Shown piece by piece: positions 1-12,785 of a stretch of DNA of 64,000 nt (the first letter of the stretch is position 1; every line of letters starts with the position of its first letter). The stretch is taken from positions 59,832,001 through 59,896,000 of the forward strand of contig NC_045696.1 of the NCBI RefSeq assembly GCF_009834535.1, given 5' to 3'. Source of the DNA: Camelus ferus (lineage: Eukaryota). The notes under the pieces are model-generated. The model worked only from the letters and a program-made list of their open reading frames with translations, was not told the DNA's origin and did not search any database. Position numbers and translations under genes: made by a program.

Positions 1-581
1 TGAGATCTGGTGAGAGCGCCTGGATTTCAAACATTCAGGTTCACTTAATTCAGTCACTTGTCATGATCTTCAGAATTAAATCAGACTCATTAGCCTGGCT
101 TTCTAAATCTTTTAACCATGGCACCTCCAACCTCCTTAACCTGTCTCATCTTCCCTCCCTCTGCAGAGACCCATAGCCCTGTGCTCCAGGGAATCTGACT
201 CCATCCTGTTCCCCAGACCTGCTTCACACTTGCTTCCTTCCTGCGAGCCTGCATGTCAGGGCCTGAGGGCTGGCGGTTTCTGAAGCTCTTTATTACCACC
301 ACCGCCTTTCCCTGTGTCCACCACACACACACATCCCACAGAGCCCTCTCTCCCTTCTTTTGTACAACACTTGCCCCTCACACATGGCACCATTTTGTTT
401 GTGCATTTTCATCACTTAGACAAAACTAAGAAGAGTTCTCAGTAGAATATACATCCCTTAAAAACAAGGGCAGTATCTTCCTCACACATCCTCACTCTTG
501 CACAAAACCTGTACCTCATAAATGTCCAAGTCCTTGGGGGATTTCCAGAGCTTGGAGTAACAGTCTGCTCTTACCCTGCAG

Positions 582-820
582 CACTGCAGTCACCCATTGA
601 GTACCAGCGGAAAGAAAGGAGCACAGCCGTGATGCGGTCCCAGCCTGCCAGGGCTCCCCAAGCCAGCCCCAGGCCCTACTCCTCTGCCCCCGTGGGCTCC
701 GAGAAGCCCCCAAAGGGCTCCAGCTATAACCCGCCTCTGCCACCCCTGAAGATATCTACCTCCAATGGCAGTCCGGGGTTTGACTACCACCAGGCTGGGG
801 ACAAGTTTGAGGCCAGCAAG
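582..820 (+). CDS. KALRN: KALRN coding exon (linker after second GEF/PH module): (A)LQSPIEYQRKERSTAVMRSQP...GDKFEASK
   Basis: Acceptor ccctgcAG at 580-581, donor GTAAGT at 821; same frame as ORF 629..859; peptide recognisable as kalirin. Confidence 0.93.
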
Positions 821-895
821 GTAAGTGACAGCCCAATACTGCCACTCTCACCACCTTAAGGGCGCAGCCTCTGCCTACTTTAGGAAGTAGTATTT

Positions 896-1516
896 TGTTT
901 TTAATTTATTTTTAATTGAAGTATAGTCAGTTTACAGTGTGGTGTCAATTTCTGGTGTGCAGCGTAATGTCCCAATCATACATACACGTACATATATTCG
1001 TTTTCATATGGTTTTTCATTATATGTTACTACAAGGTATTGAATATAGTTCCCTGTACTATATAGTATAAACTTGTTGTTTATTTTATATATAGTAGTTA
1101 GTATCTGCAAATCAACTCCCAGTTTATCCTTTCCCACCCTCTTCACTCCTGGTAACCATAAGTTTGTTTTCTATGTCTGTTGAGTCTGTTTCTGTTTTGT
1201 AAATAAGTTCATTGATGTATTTTTTTTTTTATGATTCCATATATAAGTGATATCATATGGTATTTTTCTTTCTCTTTCTGGCTTACTTCACTTAGAATGA
1301 CAATCTCCAGGTCCATCCATGTTGCTGCAAATGGCATTATTTTATTCTTTTTTATGGCTGACTAGTATCCCATTGTATAAATATACCAACTTCTTTATCC
1401 AGTCATCTATCAATAGACATTTAGGTTGTTTCCATGTCTTGTGCTATTGTATATAGTGCTGCTGTGAACATTGTGGTGCGTGTATCTTTTCAAATTAGAG
1501 TTTCCCCTGGATATAC
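896..1516 (-). mobile_element. 5'-truncated L1 3' end, antisense, ~75 bp downstream of a KALRN donor
   Basis: Poly-T then aattgaagtatagtcagtttaca (L1 3' terminus); TSD aggaagtag(t/c)at at 882 and 1517. Confidence 0.85.
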
Positions 1517-2390
1517 AGGAAGTAGCATCTTTTTATGCGATCATTTTAGCAGGAATAGCCCACTAAATTCAGACTAGTCTCGATAATTTCTCTTCCTTCT
1601 CCTGCAAATTGAGCTAGTTTGACCAGTTCCCCCTGCTTCAGACACTCCGTGTTAAAGGGCTGTTGTCATCTGCAGAAATGCCATGCAAATAGAAGGTAAT
1701 ATTGTAGTGGCAGTTATAATATATAGCACATCACAGCACATCCATGTGGTGTGGATCATCTAAAAGTCACAACTCCAAGGTTTGACGTCTTGAAGAGATT
1801 GCCCTTTCTAAGAACAAGCTGCTCAAGTGAGCTCACAGTTACTCACCACCTGTGAGCTGTTGCGTCCAGGGGCAGTTGTTCATCGATGTGTGAATGGGAG
1901 AAGCTAGCCTTAGATTAAACATTTATCACAGATCAGCCGCAGTTCAAGCATAACCATGAGGATAGTCATCAGTGTGACTGTAGGTCCAGTCTACACAGCT
2001 GTTTTAACCCCTCAAGATAGTTAGGAATGACAACAAATGGGAAAAGTGCTAGATCAGGAATCAGGCAATCTGGTTTCCATTCCAATTTCTGCAGCTCAGA
2101 ACTCTGCACCTTGCCCTAGAAACTCAGCAAGTTACTTAATCTCATCAGTCCTGTTTCCTCTAGAACTCAGTGAGTCTGTAAATAGGAACATCTACATTTC
2201 TGACCTACATTTTCTCACTTTTATAGTTTTATAATACTATTATAATAATAATCAGTTATTATAATAATTAGTATTATTAGATGATACTAATTTTTAAAAA
2301 TTAAGGATTAATGTCTAAGTTCAATTCTGTGTTAGAGTAACTATACTGACCTGGAAATGATTTTTCATCTTAAAAATTTCCTGCTTGGCA

Positions 2391-2618
2391 AGTAGGGGGT
2401 TAACAGATGCATGCTACCATATATAAAACAGAAAAATAACAAGGATTTACTGTATCACACAGGGAACTATATTCAATATCTTATAATAAACCAAAATGGA
2501 ATTGAATTGAAAAAATACATATATATGTATATATATATATGTAACTGAATCACATTGCTGTACACCTGAAACTAACTCAATATTGCTAATCAACTATACT
2601 TCAATTTGAAAAAAAAAA
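2391..2618 (+). mobile_element. Short L1 3'-end fragment with A tail
   Basis: acagggaactatattcaatatc...gctgtacacctgaaactaac...caactatacttcaatt followed by poly-A; same family as 896-1516. Confidence 0.8.
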
Positions 2619-3381
2619 TTCCCTAACCTCATGAATAGGTTGAAGTCACATTAACTTACTGAAGACTTTCTGGCTCTCACCATGCTCTGTGAGGCAGCCT
2701 GGCCTCCTTGGGAGTTATAAGTCTGTCTAGGGGCAGCTTCCCTGGTGCAGAGTCGCATGAAAAGGCCATGGAGGCAGGACCCCTCATATTAATGAATACA
2801 GGGGGGCTGGAGGAGTTCTGTTCCCACAGCCATTGGGTCAGGATGGGTGATGGCCTGGTCTTTGAATTGGGCAAATGTCTCAACATTACTCCTGTCTCAA
2901 GGAGGGTCAGAATTTAGAGTAAGGCCAATGCCTTTTCAAAAGGAAGAAAAAAAAAATGTGTCAAAGAGTCTGTGTTCTTTTCATTGGCGGATTGTGACCC
3001 CTGACCTGACCTTTGCCTGGACCTCATTCCGCCCCAGTGCTTACATATCCCCGTGCCTGTGCCGCAGTCTTCCTTCCACCAGCTGGAGGGTGCGGCCGGG
3101 AAGGTGCATGCTCAGGAGGACTTCTAGCTTCCTGCCTTCACCCCAGGCTGGGCAGTATCTCCACCTTTTCATCCTTAGTTACAATATTATATGAGACACT
3201 GCTATCCAACATGTTTTCAGAGCCCGTCTATGAATATGATTTCGTTACTCAAGACAATCTTCTGCCCACTGTTCACCATGCTAGTGGGAGGGCTGGCTTT
3301 CAGCCCCACAGTAGATTGCAAAGCAAGCCCTTGTGAACCAGCCTTCTTGTGTGTGTCCCTCGTGCCCTTGTCTGCTGGCAG

Positions 3382-3635
3382 AGCGATCTAGGAGGCTGCA
3401 ATGGGGCCTCATCCATGGCTGTGATCAAAGACTACTATGCACTGAAGGAGAATGAAATCTGTGTGAGCCAAGGTGAGGTGGTCCAAGTCCTTGCCGTCAA
3501 CCAGCAGAACATGTGCCTGGTGTTCCAGCCTGCCAGCGACCATTCCCCCGCGGCCGAGGGCTGGGTCCCGGGCAGTATTCTGGCGCCCCTCACCAAAGCC
3601 ACAGCAGCCGTGGAAAATAGTGACGGGAGCATCAA
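3382..3635 (+). CDS. KALRN: KALRN coding exon, second SH3 domain (SDLGGCNG...VIKDYYALKENEICVSQGEVVQV...EGWVPGSIL...DGSI)
   Basis: Acceptor ggcAG 3380-3381, donor GTAAGT 3636; SH3 signature DY.A...E.....GE...GWVP; phases match neighbours. Confidence 0.95.
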
Positions 3636-4373
3636 GTAAGTGCCTCGTTGGCTTCCCCGGGAGAGGAGTGAATGTGGATTTAAAAAAATTTAAAACAAAG
3701 AACACAAAAATGCAAACACACGGTAGGGAATTACTGCTGCTTACTCTTGACAGCGCCTCGGGGACCGCTGTCTGAGCGCTGGAACCGCGCGCAGCATGGG
3801 GCCTCCAGCCGGGACGGTTCCGAGTGTTCTTGGTGGTGGTGGTAGTGGCGGTGGTTTTTCTTTCCTTTTCATTTGTAATTTTCTGTTTATTTTTTTTCTT
3901 TTCTCCCCACCCTCATTAAGAAAAGAACCCTACTGAAACCCTAGGTGACAAAAGGCATGCCTCCTGTTCTTCATTTGACTCACCACAGGATTCACTGGAC
4001 TGGACTTCTATTTATATTGTATTAAGTAACTGATATATATATATTTTTTTTGATTGACACCAAAAAATGACCTTAGCACAAATGCCAGACCTGTACAGGT
4101 CAGAGGCCTGCTGCTTCTCCCAGAAGAGAGGGACTTTTTGGTTGTCTGTGGCAATTCCTCTGTACAGATTGTAACTTTTTTTTTTTTAATTTTCCCCCTC
4201 CCCTGTCACTTTAATATATGTTCATGGTAATTTGTAAGATATTTCTTTTCCTTATTTTGGTTGCGAAGACCCTTCCATACACATTCCTGTATAAAGTATT
4301 TTGCACTATTTAAAGAGACCCATATGGATGAAGTCAGGCTGTGCAATATAGTGAGAGTCACAATGGTCAACAT

Positions 4374-4430
4374 TGTACCTGTAATGTACCTAAGAATTTT
4401 AAATGTACTATTTTAAATATGTAAAATAAA
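4374..4430 (+). terminator. Candidate intronic poly(A) site of a short KALRN isoform
   Basis: AATAAA 4425-4430 with five TGTA motifs at 4374, 4380, 4385, 4404, 4420; T-rich downstream. Confidence 0.7.
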
Positions 4431-7170
4431 TTTTCACCATGAGCATGTTTTAATGAGGTTCAAGACTAGTGGACCCTTTTTCCCCATTTCACTATTCTGG
4501 GGCTTTTCATTCTGTACAAATGATTCTTCTTCTTCTTTTTTTTTTTTTCCTTCTTTGTGTTTTAGGAGTTGGTTGAATGCATTAGCAGTTTTTTCCTTCA
4601 CAAAAAGTGCCTTTATCGCTAAAGCTCCCACCCTAGCCCTCCCTTGTAAACAGCCCCCATGGATTCTATCTAACCTCTGAGAGGAGGGAGGATGCAGAGC
4701 AGATGCCGTCCAACTGGGTGACCCAGAGGTTGATGTACATTAATGATGGGGGTAGGAGGTGGGGTTTTGGCTCTCAGCCCACACTGCTCTCCCTGAGCGT
4801 GGTCCCCGTGGCTGGGGTGAAGGAGATCCCGTAGACACCTGGGCAGCAGCACCAATACCCCTGCACTTCCTCGGCGCTATCTCCGGCTCGGGCAGGGGGC
4901 TGCTGACCTCACCCTGGCCTCTCTAGGTCACCACAGGCCCAGTTGGAAATCAGTAGTGGCCGCGACAGGGCAATAGGCCCCAATCACTTTATCCTAAAGA
5001 CCCTTGGTTTCAGTACCTTTCACAAAGCCTTGCGAACTAAGGCCCTTAAAGCATTGAGGTTCTTATTAATCAATGTCTTCCAGAGCTAACTCTTGTAATA
5101 CATTGTGATCTGATTACCCGAGCACTCAGCACTTCTCCCTCCTCACCTTTGCATCTTCTGGTCCCTTTTTCACACCTACCATAGGAGGGGCCGTAGAAGG
5201 GGTGTCAGGCTGGGTGAGAGGGAGCAGCTTTAGATACCAGTTCCTTGGCTCCTTGTTAGCTGCTCTTGCATGAGGTGGGGGTGGAGCAGAGCGACGGGCT
5301 ACAAGTGGCTGTCACTGTTTATCAGTGAAGGACACTCACCACACCCCAGGGCCTGCTGTGACCACCAGGGTCGAGTTGGTTGTGATGCCTACGGGATAAA
5401 TGTCACTGCAAGCCTGTTTCCACATCAGTCCCTGGGCTTGTGGCCAAGAGATGGAAGCTCCCCAAACCATGATGAAATGTTCTTCTGGGAAGAAGAATAT
5501 GAAATTGAGTGGGTCCTGCCGCTTGTACTACTGAGTCTCCCTTTGGAATGTTACTTGTAACATTTCTGGTTTCTCACCAAGCATACTGAATGACCCCCAG
5601 GGCTGCGATAAGCACAGGAACCTATCTCCACACTCACATACACACACACTGTGCTGGCAGCCCTGGGAGTCTTTTCAGCAGGGACCTCCCTGACTCAAGA
5701 TGTTCTCAGAATGAGCCAGGGACATGGCTTTGGGGGTCAAGACATGGGATGAAGTCTGAAGTTAACAGTGATGTTGTCGGAAGTTAGTTTCCATGACTGG
5801 CTCTCACTCAGAAACAATGCTTGAAGCAAGGAGCTGGTAGGCAGGGGACCCTAGGGAACCTGCCTGTTTAGGAACTACAAGAGAAGGTCTGGCCAACAGA
5901 CTCTTTCTTGCCTCTTGAAGGAGCCCACTTTCCAAAAAAATTTGAGGACATGACTACTATTGCTTTTTCCTACTCAGAAGAAGTTGACTGTGAAACATGT
6001 CTTAGTGATAAATATTTTGAGAACACTTCCCACAGGGCATCCTAAAATCCTGACATTTGTGGAGTTCCGTGGAGGAGATGCTACACATTTTGGAGCATCG
6101 TCCTTCCTCCTCAATCTCATAGGCCTCCTTCTCCCCTCTCTCCCTTAATGAAGGCTCTTTTCATTGAGCCATGTCTGCATAGGCCTAAATTTGACAAGGA
6201 GACACTGCAGGAAAGCCAACCTCACTTATTCTAGACATGGTAGAACTTCATCCAGACTCTGTGACCTGAAGTTGATGATGCCTGCCCATGGTCCCTGATG
6301 CTGTCTGTGACTTGGCTTTTGGTGTCTTTGTCTTTGAGCCCTGCTCTGAGCCTCTCTTTATGGTTCTATGAGGAAATAGCTCCCAATCCCCTCATGAGAA
6401 GAAAGAAGTTAGGTTAGTGTGAAAGGGCATTGCTGCCCTCACATCCCTGAGAGCACGTGTTGGGTCTTCTCCCAACAGGAAAATTCTAGGACCTCTTAGG
6501 GGTTGACAGAGCCCTGTACTCACAAACATGGAGTGATGTGGAGAACATAGGCCGAGAAACCCTTCGTCCTAAAATATGCGGATAGATGAGTAGTGCTCAC
6601 CTGTTTGTCAAGCAAAAGGCCCTAAAATCTCCTGTCTGTACTGTGGTGTTTGGGAGTGGCCACAGCCCAAATACAAACAGTGAGATGGAAACTTCAGCAT
6701 CACCCTTTGGGGTCTTTCTATCTGATCCTGGGAAAGTACTGTAGAATATACTTCCCTTATCTTTCCTGTTTTATCCTCCACTCCACCCCTACCCCACCCC
6801 CTGAATCCTCTCCCATCCACCACACCCTTCAGGAAGGGAATTCCCAAGTCCTATAATAAGGCCTCATCAGTATGATATAAAAACTTCCCCGGTAGAGTTT
6901 AATAAGTCAGTACTCATACTTTCCTGAAATGCTACAACCAACCTTGCACATCTATCAGGAGGGGTCAAAGTTCATCCTCACTCACTTCCTGTTGGAGGTG
7001 ATACCTGCTGCCAGCCACCGCAGGAGCTGGTGTGCAGGTCTGGGGCCTCTGAAGCCGGGGCTTGACCGGAGCACCTCACCTACTGACTCACCCAAAGGGT
7101 GGCCAGCCCACCCACCGCCTCAGTCTGCCCTGACCTGCCATTTTGATTGGTGCATTTTTTGGTACAACAG

Positions 7171-7294
7171 GAAGTCATGTTCATGGCATACTCTACGCAT
7201 GAGAAAGCGGGCGGAAGTGGAGAACACGGGTAAAAATGAAGCCACAGGGCCTCGTAAACCCAAGGATATTCTGGGCAACAAAGTCTCTGTTAAA
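7171..7294 (+). CDS. KALRN: KALRN coding exon (KSCSWHTLRMRKRAEVENTGKNEATGPRKPKDILGNKVSVK)
   Basis: acaacAG acceptor, GTGAGT donor at 7295; AA+G completes Lys from previous exon. Confidence 0.93.
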
Positions 7295-8396
7295 GTGAGT
7301 AAGGTATTCCGGAGCTGTGTCCCACCTCTCATCCACTCCCACCCTGCAGCATCCTCCCGAGGCAGTGCGGGTGGATGGGGACCAGAGGGGAAGTAGTTTA
7401 GTAGGATTTTGCATGCGAGATCAATTTATTTTTTATTTTTTATTTCTCCTGGCAACTTCGATTCAAATAAGTAAGTATTACTTTTTTTCTTTTATACCTT
7501 TCTCTGTGTACTATGCAGATGTTTTATAGCAAAATTATCTGCAGTATTATTCTGTTAGAAATGCAAGATGCTTGATTCATACTAAAGTTCCCCAGGCCGC
7601 CCATTCAGTATCCTAGGTTTGAAAATACATGCAGGGTAAAGAGATTAGGATGCTTTCCAAACCTCCAACCCTTTGAAGTCTGAGGTTTGGAATTTAAGGG
7701 CTACTGTGTCCTTGGTAAAGTTTCATTTCTTTTCCCCAGTATTCAGACGCCATCACCTTCAGGCCTCTGCATGAGCAGAGAAGAGAGGCACATTGATGAA
7801 GCCCAAGTCAGTGCTTTGTAATAATCCAACAATTACCATGAACTCACTGATTCTAAGTTTGGGCAGACCCTGGAAGTCCCTGTAGAGACGACATGCTCTG
7901 TTTTCTCTACATTGGGCCCTCAGAAAAGATCTGCCTCTGGACAGTGGAAATCGGACTGCTGCTGTTTAATATTATTACACTGTGTGATTATCTCCCTGAG
8001 TCTTATTTCCCTTCCTCGGCAAATTAAGAACAATCGAAACCCATTCTAATGTCCTTCTTGGGGAAAAGAAATTGTACTCTCTTCTTTACCCTCATCTGGG
8101 AAGTCCAGCCTCAAGGAAGGCAAGTTTAAATTTGACAGCACTCAGGCTTCATTTGGTTGCTTCCATTGCTATTTCCTGTGAGATGAGCGGCTGTCCACAC
8201 AGTCCCAGCCTCCTCTCCCCGAAAAGAGCATGCTGCCGCCCTCGGTGATTCGCACCCCACCTTAACAGCACCGGTATTTCTCCACCTGATTTCCCATTGT
8301 CCATGCTTCTCTCCAGTTCTCCTCACTCTCCAGCCAAAGCTGCCTGTGTTCTAACTGTGTTCTCTTTCTTCCCCCTTCCTCATGCTGCCCATCAAG

Positions 8397-8456
8397 GAGA
8401 CGAACAGTTCCGAGGAGTCAGAGTGTGATGATCTTGACCCTAATACTAGCATGGAG
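8397..8456 (+). CDS. KALRN: KALRN 60-nt coding exon (ETNSSEESECDDLDPNTSME)
   Basis: Polypyrimidine tract plus aAG acceptor, GTAGAA donor; phase 0/0. Confidence 0.9.
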
Positions 8457-11400
8457 GTAGAAGCAGCTATTGTCCTCTTTCCTACAATGATTGTCTTTTC
8501 TCGTGTGTTCTGTAACAGTGGCCTTGCTAAAGTGACCAGCCAGTCAAGGATAAATTGTGACGTGAGGGCACCTCTGGGTGTCCCATCCCACTTAAAAACC
8601 AAGACAAAACAAAACGAAAGAATTCAGTTTGATTTTGATAGAAAACTCTACCTAGATATCTTTTTCCAAGCTTCTGGTTCTCTCGAGTGCTCGCATAATA
8701 TTTTCTTCTTTGGCGAATTTGACTTCATGTAGAAAATCTCCAGCTTCATAACTGGAAACACATTTCTGCATGGAGAACAGCTTGCTAAAGAGTGGTTGGT
8801 TCCCAGCTAAAGATAAGAACCCATTCGTTTTAGTTTCTCTCTCCTCCCTTTTCATCTTTTTTCTTTCTCCTTTATGTTCTGCTGGGACCTAGTCCTCCCT
8901 CAAGGCTCCAGCAAAGTCATTGCTTCCGTCCATTTGTTGGATGACCTGGCCCCTGGGCGCTGTGTGTAGCTGGCCAATAGTAAATGAGGAGCTATTGCAG
9001 CAACTCCAGAACCCGCCTTTGCCCAGCCCCCGGGGCTCCTGGGCCCCGCTGTGCCTGCCGTGAAGGGAAAGAGCCCTGGGAACAGCGTCCCTCGTGGAGG
9101 CCTGGCAAAGACCTCAAGAGAGTCCTGGAGGCTGAGACGCTGCCCAGGGGCCTTTCTCATACTCTAGGGTTACAGGGATGTGGGAGCAGAACCAACACCT
9201 CCAACAACAAGAACATCGAATTAACTTCCAACTCCTTCTAGGCTGGGGACTGTTGGGAGGTGTAGAAACAGGACTCTTACATGGCTTGCCACTGAGTGAC
9301 AAGCATCATCAATTTACAAGCCCTAGAGAATTGGAGCAAACGTGGAGCTGGCTTTCCCTGTCATTTTGTCCTTCAGACTAAATTGAAATGTCTTTCTCCA
9401 AATCTGTGCCCACATCCCTAATAATGGATAGAAGTTTAGAGATTTCCTCTATGCACAAAATGGAGATTTTTTTTAAACCTGTTCATTTTTATAGCTCTAT
9501 GCTTTCCACTTAACTAGATGGACCTTTATTATTATTATTCTAACTTGACCTAATCCCAAAAAAACCTACCACCGTATTATGACAACCACCACAAAACCCA
9601 AGGAAGACCATGTGGCTCAAGAAGGGGTAAGTCGCTATGGAAGACAACAGTTGAGTTGAATCAGGCCAGAGACAAGTGGTTGCAAGTAGGAGTTCTGCCA
9701 AGATAGATCAGTTCCCTGGGGATGTGGGTATTGCCACAGAGCTAAATCTGGCAGGTGTAGGTCAGTGCAGTGCTCCCCTGTGGGAAGAAGCGGATATGGC
9801 GTTTGTAGCCTAAATGTATCTTAGAGAATGAGGAAGGTGGGGGACATTTCTGGCTCTGCTTTCCTTGCTTTTCATAGGATAGGCACCAGCTGTCATGGAG
9901 CCCACACCTGACAGCTTGTAGATGCCTCATGGCACCTGTATCTCCAGACCTAAGTGTTGCAGGCATGTATTGAAAATGTCATCTGCAAATACATAGAGGA
10001 AGGCCAGGCAGAGGGAGGGGCAAAGCCGGGTATCTGTGTTCCAGAAGGCAATTTGGGACATTTTTTCAGCTCTGGTGGACTAGGGAGACTTTCCCACTCT
10101 GCTCTTTAAAGGAAAAATTGGTCACAGGGGAATGTGGGGCCAGGTGAGAGCAACAGACACTGAGAGGGTTAACTGATGTAATCCAGTGTTCCATTCTATT
10201 CTTAGATAAGCAAAAGCTTCTGCATGGGCGTGCGCACGCGTCTTAGCCCTGATTTGTGAATTGCACGCATTTCTGGTATTCTCATTCCTCCAAGGCTTGC
10301 AGCCCTCTGCATGGGCTGAGTCACATGGGTCCAGAGAGATGCTATGGGTGCATAAGGAAAGGTATTAAGATGGCAACGCTGAATAGAGTGAAGTCAAAAA
10401 TGATGTTGATGCGTTTCAAAAGGTTTTCAAATACAGTCTTTGAGGCAGAACTGGAACTCTTGAGGAGGCATATGGTTGGAAGCTGCAGATATTCTAGTTA
10501 AGCCAAGGTCCCTGCAGCAGGCATGCCTGCAGCCCTTGTATATTCCATACGGATCCTTCTAAGGATCCGTGAGCTCTTCTGAACTGTGTTGCCATGCTGA
10601 AATTAACTTGGAGCACATATGCAGGTGCTGAGGGAAAGCAGGCATCTTGGCCCTGCTGGCTTAGTATTTTCAGACACAGATAACAGATAAGATAACCCGT
10701 TCAATGTGATTTGAGAACTTTCTCAAGGGATAGGTAGGTAGAACTTTCTTGCAGTGTCCACCGCAGAAGAAAATGGCTGGGAATGCCTACTGAAAAGAGC
10801 TATTCCTTAAAGACCCAGTTTGAGAAATAGGTGGCCAGCCACCTCATAAAGGATGCTTGCTGCTAAATTGATAGCTTTGGGCATCTTTACGAGGCCCAGC
10901 CTGGCCCCCTAGCCCCACTCCTGTCTTTGAGCCTGATGACTGGGATAGGTGGTGTCTCATTGGGAGCATGTCTCTGTGCACTGCTGAGCTGAACAGCAAC
11001 TCCCCTGGCCTGTGCTAAAAGCCACTGGGGCTGGGATCCCAGCGGACATCCCGGCCACGCACCCCAAGCACTGTCAGTGTTAGATCTCTGAATGCTGAGT
11101 CCTGCCCTGCCAAATGCCTGCCCTTGACCTGATGCCAGTATGTTGGCTCCCAGCCTACAGGTGTATGGGCTCTTATCTCTGGCCTCTACACGAGCATCAC
11201 TGCCAAAGCACTCTTTACTTATTCTCAATTGGTAGATTAAAGGGTTCCTTTAAGAAGCAGTTTCCCCAGGGTCTTTGCTCACACACCAGCTGCTTGATAC
11301 TCTCAGGGCTGGCATATTCCTAACGTATTGCTTTAGGTACATCTGTAGGCACATCCTTCAAAGCTAATTAAGAGGAAAATAAAGCACCTTGGATCCTTGG

Positions 11401-12599
11401 AATCCAATTTACACAGCTTTCCGAGAACACCTAGTTATGTAAAGGGAGGCCATTCTGCTCTAATGTGAACATCCTTTTTCTGCCCCTGTAGAGACACGCT
11501 TGTGAATACTCTCAAATACAAACCCACCTCCCACTCCCAGCACCGCAAGCCACGCCAGCAGCCCCGCAAGACTGTCTCCGGGTCTATGCGATCCCATCGT
11601 GGCCTGCCACCCCCCTTCCCTCCTGCTGATCCGTAAGCATACCTCGAGGGAACTGTTCTAAAAATGACGAGAATCTGCCCCTAGTTGAGCTTCCTTCTTA
11701 ACCTTGCACTGATGACACTTCGAGGGGCAGAGTGGAGGGGGTAGTGTGTATAAGAGAAGTGTCTATACATGGAAGAAGAGTCAAATCAGGCTGAAAAGCA
11801 AACACTAGGCTCTCTTGGGAACAAGTGACTATTCATTTTTTCCCATAGAGCTTAGACTGCTGATTGCCTTCTAGGACAAGGTGGGCAGGCGTGATGATAG
11901 GCTGGCACCACATACCCACCTACCAGCTTCTCACCCTGCCCCTGCCCAGTGTCTGCACTGACACCAGGCTGGAGCCAGGGTCCAGGCTCGAGGCCCAGCA
12001 TCTGCCTGCTTAGCTAACTCCCGCATCTGAAAAGTCTGGGTTTCTCCTGGGACCCAGGACACACAGGTTCCCACATCTGTGCCACCTCTGAAAAGTTGTC
12101 TGAAGACTGTCAGTGCTTGGGTTTGGGCACCTACCCTCCAACCCCAGCACTGACACTTGGCTGCATCATACGCTGGCGTCGGAAGGCCTGAACCACCCTC
12201 CCAGACTCGGGCCTCTGTCTTCAGGGACAAAGACTGTCTCAACCCAGCTTTCATGTCAAGGCCAATGAATTAAAGCATCTTAATTTTTTTTCCTGAATAC
12301 TTGTAGCAGAGATGGTCAATCCATCAGAGTAAGAGGTTGTCATGATTCCAAAAAGACTACGTCTCTGCCTCAGCCATTTAACTCGGGGCCAGCCTTATCC
12401 ATGACACAGACTAAGTGCGATCATAATGCCGGCCACCAGATATTTAGCTCAGGGGGTTGCTTTCTGTGGTAAAAACGGGGTTAGGATCCTGTGGGAGAAA
12501 AAATATTTCAAACAGTGAAGCTAATTTGGAAGGAAGTTTCCAATTAGTGTAAGAATCATTGACAAACTTAGAAATTGTTAGTTAACCCTATCCCCCTTC

Positions 12600-12785
12600 A
12601 TTTATTTATTTTTTTATTGTGAAATATACATGACATAAAATTTGCCATTGAACCTTTTTTAAGTGGCTTTAAGTACTTTCACCATGCTGCACAACCATCC
12701 CCATCGCTCACTTCCAGGACTGCTTCATCATCCCAAACTGAAACTGTACCCACTACGCAACAGCTCTCCTTTGTTCTCCATCCCT
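12600..12785 (-). mobile_element. Old L1 (L1MB-like) 3' fragment
   Basis: tttattgtgaaatatacatgacataaaatttgccatt...catcatcccaaactgaaact pattern; subfamily from memory. Confidence 0.55.

Noticed and set aside
582..589. Second CTGCAG acceptor 8 nt into the first exon
   Set aside because: Would frameshift and drop recognisable LQ residues; the first AG fits the frame
6929..7396. 155-aa ATG-initiated ORF as a possible alternative first exon
   Set aside because: Explained by the internal exon 7171-7294; no promoter evidence seen
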